Shown one piece after another: positions 1-6,630 of a stretch of DNA of 10,598 nucleotides. Below the pieces are notes generated by a model. That model was not told where the DNA came from, ran no database searches, and saw only the letters and a list, made by a program, of their open reading frames with translations. This DNA comes from an uncultured Anaerolineales bacterium (GTDB lineage: Bacteria; Chloroflexota; Anaerolineae; Anaerolineales; CAYZNA01): the NCBI GenBank assembly GCA_964478665.1, contig CAYZNA010000013.1, forward strand, positions 5,923 through 16,520, read 5' to 3'. A program made the translations under genes and the position numbers. Within the stretch, counting starts at the first letter, position 1, and every line of letters starts with the position of its first letter.

Positions 1-807
1 GAATACGCCGAGAATTACCTGAAAAATCCGCACGACTATTGGAAATACATGGGGTTGTTCAGCGGCTACATCGAAAGCATCGTCAATGCCGGCAAGCCGG
101 TGATCGCCCGGCTGAACGGGATGGCGGTCGGCGGCGGGAACGAGTCGCAACTGGCCTGCGATCTGTCCATCATCGCCGAGCATGCCTATATCAAGCAGGT
201 GGGCACCAGCGTGGGCAGCGTGGCCGCCGGAGGTTCCACCCAGTGGCTGCCACTTTTCGTGGGAGACCGGCGGGCGCGCTACATCCTGATGACCAACCGC
301 CCCATCCTGCCCTACCAGGCGCTGGAATGGGGACTGGTCAACCAGGTTGCGCCCTCGGTAACAAAAGACGGCGAGTTCATCACCCACGCCACGCCGGAGC
401 AGATCAAGAAAGCGCAAAAGGGCGATGAAGGCTACGCCATCAGCCTGGCGAAGCTGGACGAGGCCGTGCAGGCCCTGGCCGGCGAACTGATTGACAAGTT
501 CCCGGAGTGTATGCGCTACACCAAGCAGCAGGTTAACTTTTTCAAGGACCTCGCCTGGCACAGCACCATCGGCCACGCCCGCGACTGGCTTTCGATCCAC
601 TTCGCCACGTGGGAGCCGCTGGAGGGCATGAGCGCCTTCGTGGAGAAGCGGCGGGCCAACCCCACCCGCCTGCGCGAGCTGGCCGCTGCCGGCAAGTCAT
701 CGGAGTTTCCGTGGGGGCCGTACAGCCAGGAGTGCCCGAGTTGCGGTGCGAAGAGCCTGCCCGGTGAGTTCCAGTTCTGCGGCCAGTGCGGAGCAAAGTT
801 GGGATGA
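1..807 (+). CDS. Crotonase-fold (enoyl-CoA hydratase/isomerase superfamily) C-C bond hydrolase, MenB/BadI/Oah(BamA)-like. 5'-truncated at the window edge. Carries a C-terminal zinc-ribbon extension.
   Basis: Frame 1 is open from nt 1 (EYAENYLKNPHDYWKYMGLF...), so the ATG at 49 is internal. The crotonase oxyanion-hole motif is present (ARLNGMAVGGGNESQLACDLSIIAE). The segment MSAFVEKRRANP matches the canonical C-terminal end of MenB-type enzymes (cf. ...EGRNAFNQKRQPDF in MenB, from memory). The GLVNQV motif resembles the MenB GLVNTV. About 45 further residues follow, ending ECPSCGAKSLPGEFQFCGQCGAKLG. Stop is TGA at 805-807. GC3 is high. Confidence 0.85.
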   Translation, partial: EYAENYLKNPHDYWKYMGLFSGYIESIVNAGKPVIARLNGMAVGGGNESQLACDLSIIAEHAYIKQVGTSVGSVAAGGSTQWLPLFVGDRRARYILMTNRPILPYQALEWGLVNQVAPSVTKDGEFITHATPEQIKKAQKGDEGYAISLAKLDEAVQALAGELIDKFPECMRYTKQQVNFFKDLAWHSTIGHARDWLSIHFATWEPLEGMSAFVEKRRANPTRLRELAAAGKSSEFPWGPYSQECPSCGAKSLPGEFQFCGQCGAKLG

Positions 808-873
808 TTCGTGGGGTGCGAGGCGCGCGCTTTTGCGGCGCACGCCTCGCACCCCACGCCAGAGGAGGAAACA

Positions 874-2040
874 ATGAGCGTGGAAACATTCCCCGAATGG
901 CGCGACCAGCCGCTGGATGAGATGCTCTACCAGGTGCGGGAAATGCTGGAAGACACCACCTTCCCCACCGTGCAGCGCTGGCGAGCGGCCGGCGGCAAGG
1001 TGGTCGGGCACTTCCAGGTTTACTTCCCGGAAGAGATCGTGCATGCGGCCGGCCTGTTGCCCTTCAAAGTGCGTGGTGCGCAGGTTGAAGCCATGCGGGC
1101 CGACTCGCGCTTCGGCTCGTACCTGTGCTCCATTCTCAAAACCTCGCTGGAGTTGGCGCTGAGCGACCGGGTAAAGATGGAGATGTTTGTCACCCACCCG
1201 ATCTGCGACGCCGCCCGCAATCTGGGCGCGGTGTGGGGCCGCAACTTCCCCTATCCCTGCCAGATCCTGTACCTGCCGCAAAACGCCAATTCCAGCCACG
1301 CCGTCACCTACCTGCGCGGCGAATATGACCGGCTGCGGCGGGGCGTGGAAACCATCGTCGGGCGGCCGGTCTCCGATGATGACCTGCGTTCTTCGTTGGG
1401 GGTGTACAACCAGAACCGGGCGCTGCTGCGCGAGCTGTACGACATCAAACGCGCCGAGCCGTGGCTGGTCACGGCCGATGAAGCCTACGTGCTGACCGCC
1501 ATCGGCGGCGTGCTCCCACGCGAGGAGCACAACCAGCTGCTGCAGGCGGCGCTGCCCGGGTTGCGCGCCCGCGACACCAGGCCGCAGGACAAGGTGCGGG
1601 TGGTGTTCGAGGGCGGCTTCTGCGAGCAGCCGCCGCTGGACCTGATCCGCGCGGTGGGGCGCTCGTGCTACGTGGTGGACGACGACCTGATGATCGGCCT
1701 GCGCTGGATTCTGGAGGACGTGGCGCTGGACGGCGACCCGCTCCACAACCTGGCCCACGCCTATCTGGAACAATCCAGCTATAGCCCGGTGCAGCACGAC
1801 CTGCGCAAGCCCAAGGAGAAGATGCTGCTCGAGCGCATCGAGTCGTCCGGGGCGCAGGCGGCCATCATCACCGCGGCCAAGTTGTGCGAGCCGGGGCTGG
1901 AAGAGCAGGTGGCCTACACGCGCGCGCTGGACGAAGAGGGCGTGCCCTACTTCGTCAGCGAGTTCGAGGAGAACATGACCAGCTTCGACCACCTCGAGAT
2001 CCAGTTGGAGACGTTTGTGGAGAACATCTTGTTTGTCTAG
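874..2040 (+). CDS. Class I benzoyl-CoA reductase / 2-hydroxyacyl-CoA dehydratase family, HgdAB-like Fe-S subunit. The smaller of the two; BcrC/BzdN/BadD-like by size and order.
   Basis: ATG at 874 is preceded by AGGAGG (863-868) with a 5-nt spacer. The ORF-track start at 811 is a GTG upstream of the Shine-Dalgarno site. The 388-aa product has conserved Cys-containing segments (HPICDAARNLG, YPCQILY, FEGGFCEQPP, RSCYVVDDD, AAKLCEPG) typical of HGD-D/BcrB-BcrC family subunits. It sits immediately upstream of a paralogous subunit and two activase-type ATPases. Confidence 0.85.
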   Translation: MSVETFPEWRDQPLDEMLYQVREMLEDTTFPTVQRWRAAGGKVVGHFQVYFPEEIVHAAGLLPFKVRGAQVEAMRADSRFGSYLCSILKTSLELALSDRVKMEMFVTHPICDAARNLGAVWGRNFPYPCQILYLPQNANSSHAVTYLRGEYDRLRRGVETIVGRPVSDDDLRSSLGVYNQNRALLRELYDIKRAEPWLVTADEAYVLTAIGGVLPREEHNQLLQAALPGLRARDTRPQDKVRVVFEGGFCEQPPLDLIRAVGRSCYVVDDDLMIGLRWILEDVALDGDPLHNLAHAYLEQSSYSPVQHDLRKPKEKMLLERIESSGAQAAIITAAKLCEPGLEEQVAYTRALDEEGVPYFVSEFEENMTSFDHLEIQLETFVENILFV

Positions 2041-2103
2041 GGAACCGGGCTATCCCCCGCTGGCCAGCAAACGTCGGCGAGGGATAAGGAAAGGGAGCGT
2101 ACA

Positions 2104-3402
2104 ATGACACAAACACAACTTACCGACGGGATCGTTGGGCGCGGCAACCGCGACGGGGCGCAACTGTTCCGCGACTGGTTCAGCGAGTTGACCCGGGTGG
2201 CGGAAGCCGGCGGCCAGGCGGCCTATGTTTTCGTGATGGGCAGCATGAACGAGGTGCTGAAGACCTTTGATATGCCGGTGGTCTTCCCCGAGATCAACTC
2301 GCTGCAAACCGCCGTTCGCCGCGTGGCCCACGAATACTTGAACGAGGCTGAGGACTACGGCTACTCCCCCGACATCTGCGGCTACGTGAAGGCAGATGTG
2401 GCCGTGCAGCTCCGCCAGGGCAAGCACCCGATGGGCCGCATCCCGAAGCCCAGCCTGGCCGTGCTGACCAACGCCTGCAATACCTACATCAAGTGGGCGG
2501 AGATCTGGGAGCGGATGTACCACATCCCCATCTTTACCCTGGACGTGCCCGGCACCCGCATGGCCGGCGGTCAGACCTGGGCCGGCAACGCGGACTTTGA
2601 GAACGACCGCGCCTACGTGGCCGCACAGCTCAAGGAATTGATCGGGGTGTGCGAGCAGGTCACCGGCAAGAAGTTTGACATTGATAAGTTGCGCGAAGTG
2701 CTGGGGCACGCCAACACCATGAGCCGGGGCTGGAAGCGCGCGCTGGATCTGAACCAGAGCCGGCCCTCGCTATTCAACGCCCTGACCGATGGCACAATTT
2801 ACCTGGGCGTAGCCAACGGCTTCCGCGGCACGCCGGCGGGCGCCAGGTACTTCGACGAACTTGTACAAGAGATGGAATACAAGGCGGCCCACGCCATCGG
2901 CACGCTGACCGACGAAAAGTACCGCCTGATCTTTGTGGGCGTGCCCTGCTACCCCATTTTTCGGCGCTTCAACGAACTGTTCACCGAATGGGGCGGCACG
3001 TTCGTCAACTCCACTTACCTCTGGTTCGCCGCTGGCGGCACCAACCTCGGTTTTGAATACGACGTGAATCGCCCCATGGGTAGTCTGGCGAAGGGCGTGC
3101 TGAGCAGTGTGCGCGATGCAATGGACAGCATGTTTTACCAGGACAGCATCCTGACGAAAATGGTGGACGATTACCACGTGTACGGGGTGGTATATCACCC
3201 GATCAAGAGCTGCCGCACGGTCTCAACCGGCCTGGCCGACAACCGGCGCGCCCTGATGGCCGCCCGCGACGTTCCCAGCCTGTTCATCGAGTCCGACATG
3301 ATGGATCGGCGGGTGGTCTCCGAGGCACAGCTCAAGAACCGGGCGGACGCGTTCTTTGAGGGGTTAGCCACGCGCAAGATGCTGGAGAAGCGCGGGGCGT
3401 GA
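2104..3402 (+). CDS. Class I benzoyl-CoA reductase / 2-hydroxyacyl-CoA dehydratase family, HgdAB-like subunit. The larger of the two; BcrB/BzdO/BadE-like by size and order.
   Basis: ATG at 2104 is preceded by aaGGAaaGGGAGcg. The 432-aa product has Cys-containing segments (DICGYVKAD, TNACNTYIKW, GVPCYPIF, IKSCRTVSTG) and overall resembles the HgdA/BcrB-type component. It follows the previous gene after a 63-nt gap and precedes the two ATPase genes. Confidence 0.85.
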   Translation: MTQTQLTDGIVGRGNRDGAQLFRDWFSELTRVAEAGGQAAYVFVMGSMNEVLKTFDMPVVFPEINSLQTAVRRVAHEYLNEAEDYGYSPDICGYVKADVAVQLRQGKHPMGRIPKPSLAVLTNACNTYIKWAEIWERMYHIPIFTLDVPGTRMAGGQTWAGNADFENDRAYVAAQLKELIGVCEQVTGKKFDIDKLREVLGHANTMSRGWKRALDLNQSRPSLFNALTDGTIYLGVANGFRGTPAGARYFDELVQEMEYKAAHAIGTLTDEKYRLIFVGVPCYPIFRRFNELFTEWGGTFVNSTYLWFAAGGTNLGFEYDVNRPMGSLAKGVLSSVRDAMDSMFYQDSILTKMVDDYHVYGVVYHPIKSCRTVSTGLADNRRALMAARDVPSLFIESDMMDRRVVSEAQLKNRADAFFEGLATRKMLEKRGA

Positions 3403-3461
3403 GGTGAGCGGGTCGCGCATCGCAGGGCCAGTCACGTGTTGTTTGACAAAGGAGGGATACC

Positions 3462-4277
3462 ATGGCATACGCAGCCGGAGTAGACGTAGGGTCCACCCAG
3501 ACCAAAGCGATTATCATCAACGAAAAGCAGCACATCGTGGGCCGGTCGCTGACCGACACCGGCGCCAACGTGGTCGCCGCTGCCCAAAAGGCCTACGAGC
3601 TGGCGCTGGCCGACGCCGGCCTGGAGGAGCGAGAGGTGGAATACGTGGTCGGCACCGGCTATGGCCGCTACCGCGTCACCTTTGGCAACACCCAGGTCAC
3701 CGAGATCAGTTGCCACGGGCGGGGGTCGGTACACATGTTCCCCGATACGCGCACGGTGGTGGACATGGGCGGGCAAGATACCAAAGCGATTCGGGTGAAC
3801 GCCCGCGGCGAAATCCTGGATGTCTGCATGAATGACAAGTGCGCCGCCGGGACCGGCCGCTTCCTGGGGGCGGCCTCGGACGCGCTGGACATCCCGCTCG
3901 GGGAGCTGGGAGCGGTGGCCCTGCGGGCCGAGCGCCCGGTGAGGATCAGCACCACCTGCACGGTGTTCGCCGAGTCGGAGGTGCTCTCCTGGCTGGGCAA
4001 GGGCAAGAAAATCGAAGACATCTTGCAGGGCGTGCACCAGTCCATCGCGCAGCGCTCTATCGGCCTGTTGCGCCGGGTGGGGATCGAGTCCCAGGTTACG
4101 TTTACCGGCGGCGTCGCCAGAAACATCGGCATGATCGCCGCGCTGAATCACGGCATGGGGTTGCAGGTGAACGTCAGCGAGGAATCGCACTATATGGGCG
4201 CGTTGGGGGCCGCCCTGTTTGCCCTCGATCACATCCTGGCCCGTCGCAGCCCGGCCGGCGCGCCTGCAGCAGCCTGA
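3462..4277 (+). CDS. BadF/BadG/BcrA/BcrD-family ATPase (HgdC-like electron-activating ATPase subunit), copy 1
   Basis: ATG at 3462 is preceded by AGGAGGG (3450-3456). The N-terminal ASKHA phosphate-1 motif is [11 protein letters not shown]. Two conserved Cys sit in [13 protein letters not shown] and [12 protein letters not shown], the positions that ligate the inter-subunit [4Fe-4S] cluster in HgdC-type ATPases. Length is 271 aa. Confidence 0.9.
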   Translation: MAYAAGVDVGSTQTKAIIINEKQHIVGRSLTDTGANVVAAAQKAYELALADAGLEEREVEYVVGTGYGRYRVTFGNTQVTEISCHGRGSVHMFPDTRTVVDMGGQDTKAIRVNARGEILDVCMNDKCAAGTGRFLGAASDALDIPLGELGAVALRAERPVRISTTCTVFAESEVLSWLGKGKKIEDILQGVHQSIAQRSIGLLRRVGIESQVTFTGGVARNIGMIAALNHGMGLQVNVSEESHYMGALGAALFALDHILARRSPAGAPAAA

Positions 4278-4319
4278 CCGTGCGGCGCCATCACCCCAGG
4301 CGGAGAGGGAAACACTACG

Positions 4320-5162
4320 ATGTATACCACGGGAATTGACGTTGGATCAACCTACACCAAAGCGCTCGTCTTGAGTGAGGACAATCAAATCGTTGGCCGG
4401 GCGATCTCCAGCACCGGCTTCAAGCTGGCGGAGGTCGCCCGGCGGGTGTACGAGCAGGCGCTGGCGCAGGCTGGGTTAGATGCCAGCGACGTGGGCTATG
4501 TGGTCTCGACCGGCTTTGGCCGGCACATGGTCCCCTTCAGCGACGTGTCCGTGACCGACCTGACCGCCAGCGCGCGCGGCGCAGCCTTCCTCTTTCCCGA
4601 GACGCGCACCATTCTGGACGTGGGCGGGCAGACCATGAAGGCCAGCCGGCTGGATGGCCGGGCAAAGGTAAAATCGTTCCGGCTCAACGACAAGTGCGCC
4701 GCCGGCACCGGGGCTTTTCTGGAGAAGACCGCGCGCTATATGGGCTATTCGACCGAGGAGATCGGCCCGCTGGTAGCCACCTCCAAAGAAGTGGTGCCCA
4801 TCTCGGGCGTGTGCGCCGTGTTCGCCGAGTCGGAAGTGATCAACCACCTCTCGATGGGCAGCTCCCCCGCCGACATCATGCACGGGGCCATTGCCTCGCT
4901 GGTGGACCGCTCGGTGCAACTGATGAGGCGCGTGCAAATGGAGCCGGAGTTCACCCTGATCGGCGGCATTTTGCGCTTTGAGACCATGGCCCGCGTGGTG
5001 AGGCAGAACCTGAAGACCGAGGTAAACGTGCCGCAGGGCGACATGGTGCAGTTCACCTCCGCCCTGGGCGCAGCGATCCTGGGCCACCAGCGCCTGCGCA
5101 GGCTGGCCCCGTCGGGGGAGGGCAGCAAGACCGAAGGCGAGATGGCGGCGGTTGAGGCCTGA
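4320..5162 (+). CDS. BadF/BadG/BcrA/BcrD-family ATPase (HgdC-like), copy 2, a distinct paralog of copy 1
   Basis: ATG at 4320 is preceded by GGAGAGGGA (4302-4310). It has [24 protein letters not shown] and SGVCAVFAESEV, the same motif set as the upstream ATPase but clearly diverged. Length is 280 aa. Two different small ATPases in tandem fit the alpha/delta heterodimer of Bzd/Bad-type reductases. Confidence 0.9.
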   Translation: MYTTGIDVGSTYTKALVLSEDNQIVGRAISSTGFKLAEVARRVYEQALAQAGLDASDVGYVVSTGFGRHMVPFSDVSVTDLTASARGAAFLFPETRTILDVGGQTMKASRLDGRAKVKSFRLNDKCAAGTGAFLEKTARYMGYSTEEIGPLVATSKEVVPISGVCAVFAESEVINHLSMGSSPADIMHGAIASLVDRSVQLMRRVQMEPEFTLIGGILRFETMARVVRQNLKTEVNVPQGDMVQFTSALGAAILGHQRLRRLAPSGEGSKTEGEMAAVEA

Positions 5163-5176
5163 GCCGGATCGGGGAG

Positions 5177-5210
5177 CGCGCCGGGGCCACAAAGCAAGAA
5201 GAACCCGGCG
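5177..5210 (+). other. Intergenic imperfect hairpin downstream of the second ATPase gene
   Basis: GCGCCGGG (5177-5184) and CCCGGCGC (5203-5210) form an 8-bp stem around an 18-nt A-rich loop. It starts 15 nt after the stop at 5162 and is followed by a C10 tract, not a T-tract. Confidence 0.3.
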
Positions 5211-5220
5211 CCCCCCCCCC
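5211..5220. repeat. Homopolymeric C10 tract (G10 on the minus strand) in an intergenic region
   Basis: cccccccccc at 5211-5220, directly read. It lies 20 nt upstream of the ATG of the small ORF at 5241. Confidence 0.9.
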
Positions 5221-5240
5221 ACGATCCCCGGCGAGGAATA

Positions 5241-5543
5241 ATGACTGAAAGTGACGCCCGCCCAACTCCCGCTCTCGATTGGCTGGAAGCCTCCGCCCGC
5301 CGCGTGCTGACGGAGGACCAGCTTGCTCCCGATCCGGCCTTGCTGGCCGAGGGCTGGGAGCGCCGCTTTGTGGCCGACGCCCGGCGGGCGAAGGAAGCCA
5401 TTGAGCTGTACCAGCAACTGGGCTTTGAGGTACGGGCCGAGCCGCTGCGCCCTACCGATCTGGGCGACGATTGCGAAGACTGCAAGCTGGTCGTGGTCTT
5501 TCAGTTCCAGACCATCTATACCCGCCGGAAGCGCGAAGCGTGA
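5241..5543 (+). CDS. Small hypothetical protein (100 aa), no recognisable domain
   Basis: ATG at 5241 with GAGGA three nt upstream, which is a short spacer. Third-position GC is strongly biased as in neighbouring genes and there are no internal stops. It sits between the reductase and VOC genes on the same strand. The sequence (…EAIELYQQLGFEVRAEPLRP…DDCEDCKLVVVFQFQ…) is not recognised. Confidence 0.5.
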   Translation: MTESDARPTPALDWLEASARRVLTEDQLAPDPALLAEGWERRFVADARRAKEAIELYQQLGFEVRAEPLRPTDLGDDCEDCKLVVVFQFQTIYTRRKREA

Positions 5544-5570
5544 GCACCGGACCACACAGGAACAGAATCT

Positions 5571-6026
5571 ATGGACTACATTCGCCGCATCCAGCGCGTC
5601 GCCCTCGCGGTAGAGGACCTTGACCAGGCGCAGGCTTTCTTTGAGAACTGGTTCGGGGCGCAGTTCCTGCCGGAGGAAAACATCAGCGATATGGGCATTC
5701 GCTACCGGCCGTTTAACGTGGGCGAGAGCATGATGGAACTGTTGCAGGCCACCCGCGAGGATAGCCCGGTAGCGCGATTCCTGCGGCAACGCGGCGGGCC
5801 GGGGGTGCACCACATCACCTTTGAGGTAGAAGACCTGGACGCCGCCATCGCCGAACTGGAGCGGCGCGGCGGGCGCATCGCATACCGTCATACTTACGCC
5901 CCCGGCGTCACGTTCGAGGGCAAGTACTGGCGGGAAGCCTTCATTCACCCGAGGGACGCCTTTGGCGTGCTGATCCACCTGGCGGAGACCAGGCCGGTAG
6001 ACCCCCGGCCGGACCCCAATCACTGA
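5571..6026 (+). CDS. VOC (glyoxalase/bleomycin-resistance/dioxygenase) superfamily protein, methylmalonyl-CoA-epimerase-like
   Basis: ATG at 5571 with AGGAA nine nt upstream. The 151-aa product has RVALAVEDLDQAQAFF near the N-terminus and GVHHITFEVEDLDAAIAELERRGG in the second half, the paired beta-alpha-beta-beta-beta module signature typical of methylmalonyl-CoA epimerase/glyoxalase-I-like proteins. Confidence 0.75.
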   Translation: MDYIRRIQRVALAVEDLDQAQAFFENWFGAQFLPEENISDMGIRYRPFNVGESMMELLQATREDSPVARFLRQRGGPGVHHITFEVEDLDAAIAELERRGGRIAYRHTYAPGVTFEGKYWREAFIHPRDAFGVLIHLAETRPVDPRPDPNH

Positions 6027-6052
6027 CCACTTGCCCCCGCGAGGCCAATCCT

Positions 6053-6601
6053 ATGAACACTACCGATCCCGTTGCCTTCTTGCTGTCCGAGCACCGCCGC
6101 ATCATGGCAGCGGTAGATGCAGTCCGGCGCGCCCTGCCCGATCTGCGCTCCCCGGAAGATTTCCGGCGCCACCTGCCGGCTTTGTTGGCCTTCGGCGATG
6201 CGCTGACCTACGACATTCCGGCCCACGCTGGCAAGGAAGACGACATCTTCTTCCCGCCCATCGAGGCCATCATTGGCCGTGAGGGCGGGCCGACCGGCGT
6301 GATGCGCGCAGAGCACAAAGAAATCCACGCCGCCGCGCTCAAGCTGAGTGAAGTGATCCGCGAGTTGAACACGGTGGAACACCCGGCCATCCTGGCCGGC
6401 ACGCAGGCCTACGAGGCGCAGATCCGGGCGGTGCAGGCCGGCGCGGGAGACCTGGCGGCCTTCGTGGCCCACACCCACGAACTGATAGACCTGCTGGACC
6501 GCCACTTTGGCAAGGAAGAGCAGGTGCTGTTTCCCATGTACAACCAACTGGTGGAACCATCGGTTCGCGCGGAGGTGGCCCGGCGCATGGCCGGGCGATA
6601 G
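6053..6601 (+). CDS. Hemerythrin (HHE cation-binding) domain protein
   Basis: It starts with LLSEHRRIMAAVDAV and has two HHE-type motifs: HAGKEDDIFFPPIE and HFGKEEQVLFPMY (H-x2-KEE-x2-LFP). Length is 182 aa. TAG stop at 6599-6601 is followed immediately by a GC hairpin. Confidence 0.75.
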   Translation: MNTTDPVAFLLSEHRRIMAAVDAVRRALPDLRSPEDFRRHLPALLAFGDALTYDIPAHAGKEDDIFFPPIEAIIGREGGPTGVMRAEHKEIHAAALKLSEVIRELNTVEHPAILAGTQAYEAQIRAVQAGAGDLAAFVAHTHELIDLLDRHFGKEEQVLFPMYNQLVEPSVRAEVARRMAGR

Positions 6602-6603
6602 CC

Positions 6604-6623
6604 GGGGAGGGAACGCCCTCCCC
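6604..6623. terminator. Putative bidirectional stem-loop in the 29-nt gap between convergent genes
   Basis: GGGGAGGG (6604-6611), loop AACG, CCCTCCCC (6616-6623): a perfect 8-bp G/C stem. It lies exactly between the hemerythrin stop (6601) and the stop of the minus-strand membrane-protein gene (6631). No U-tract, so this is not a canonical intrinsic terminator. Confidence 0.45.
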
Positions 6624-6630
6624 CCGCCGC

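Noticed and set aside
49-51. ATG at 49 as the start of the crotonase gene
   Set aside because: The same frame is open back to nt 1 and encodes sensible sequence. The canonical crotonase GGG motif is about 30 residues into the window, whereas about 100 further N-terminal residues are expected, so the gene is 5'-truncated by the window edge.
811-873. Upstream GTG start at 811 (ORF-track start) for the first reductase subunit
   Set aside because: It would place the start only 4 nt after the previous gene's stop with no RBS. The ATG at 874 has a near-perfect AGGAGG with a 5-nt spacer.
697-1992. 431-aa ORF on the minus strand, antisense to the crotonase and first reductase-subunit genes
   Set aside because: It is fully embedded opposite two plus-strand genes with clear domain signatures and Shine-Dalgarno-led starts. 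The translated product is Arg/Ala/Gly/His-rich low-complexity, typical of a GC-driven shadow ORF.
2041-2103. Weak inverted repeat TATCCC (2051-2056) / GGGATA (2082-2087) in the 63-nt spacer between the two large reductase-subunit genes
   Set aside because: The arms are only 6 bp and separated by 25 nt. No evidence distinguishes it from chance, so it was not called as a regulatory element.
3441-3452. TTGACA hexamer (3446-3451) that looks like a sigma70 -35 box
   Set aside because: It lies only about 10 nt upstream of the ATG at 3462 and overlaps the Shine-Dalgarno region. That leaves no room for a -10 element, transcription start and 5'UTR, so it is a chance match.
3404-4339. Plus-strand ORFs 3404..3835 and 3839..4339 (Arg/Gly-rich)
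   Set aside because: These are out-of-frame overlaps of the well-supported ATPase gene 3462..4277. The composition is extremely Arg/Gly-rich and no start context is present.
874-5162. Alternative call of the four-gene cassette as a 2-hydroxyacyl-CoA dehydratase (HgdCAB/FldIBC/LcdCAB type)
   Set aside because: Those systems use a single homodimeric activator gene. Two distinct tandem ATPase paralogs plus the gamma/beta size pattern and the adjacent ring-hydrolase-type crotonase favour an aryl-CoA-reductase-type enzyme. This is not excluded without phylogeny.
4476-6023. 515-aa minus-strand ORF spanning the second ATPase, the small ORF and the VOC gene
   Set aside because: One antisense frame crossing three separately initiated plus-strand genes and two intergenic spacers is a hallmark of high-GC stop-codon depletion, not a gene. 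It has no RBS and no recognisable motifs.
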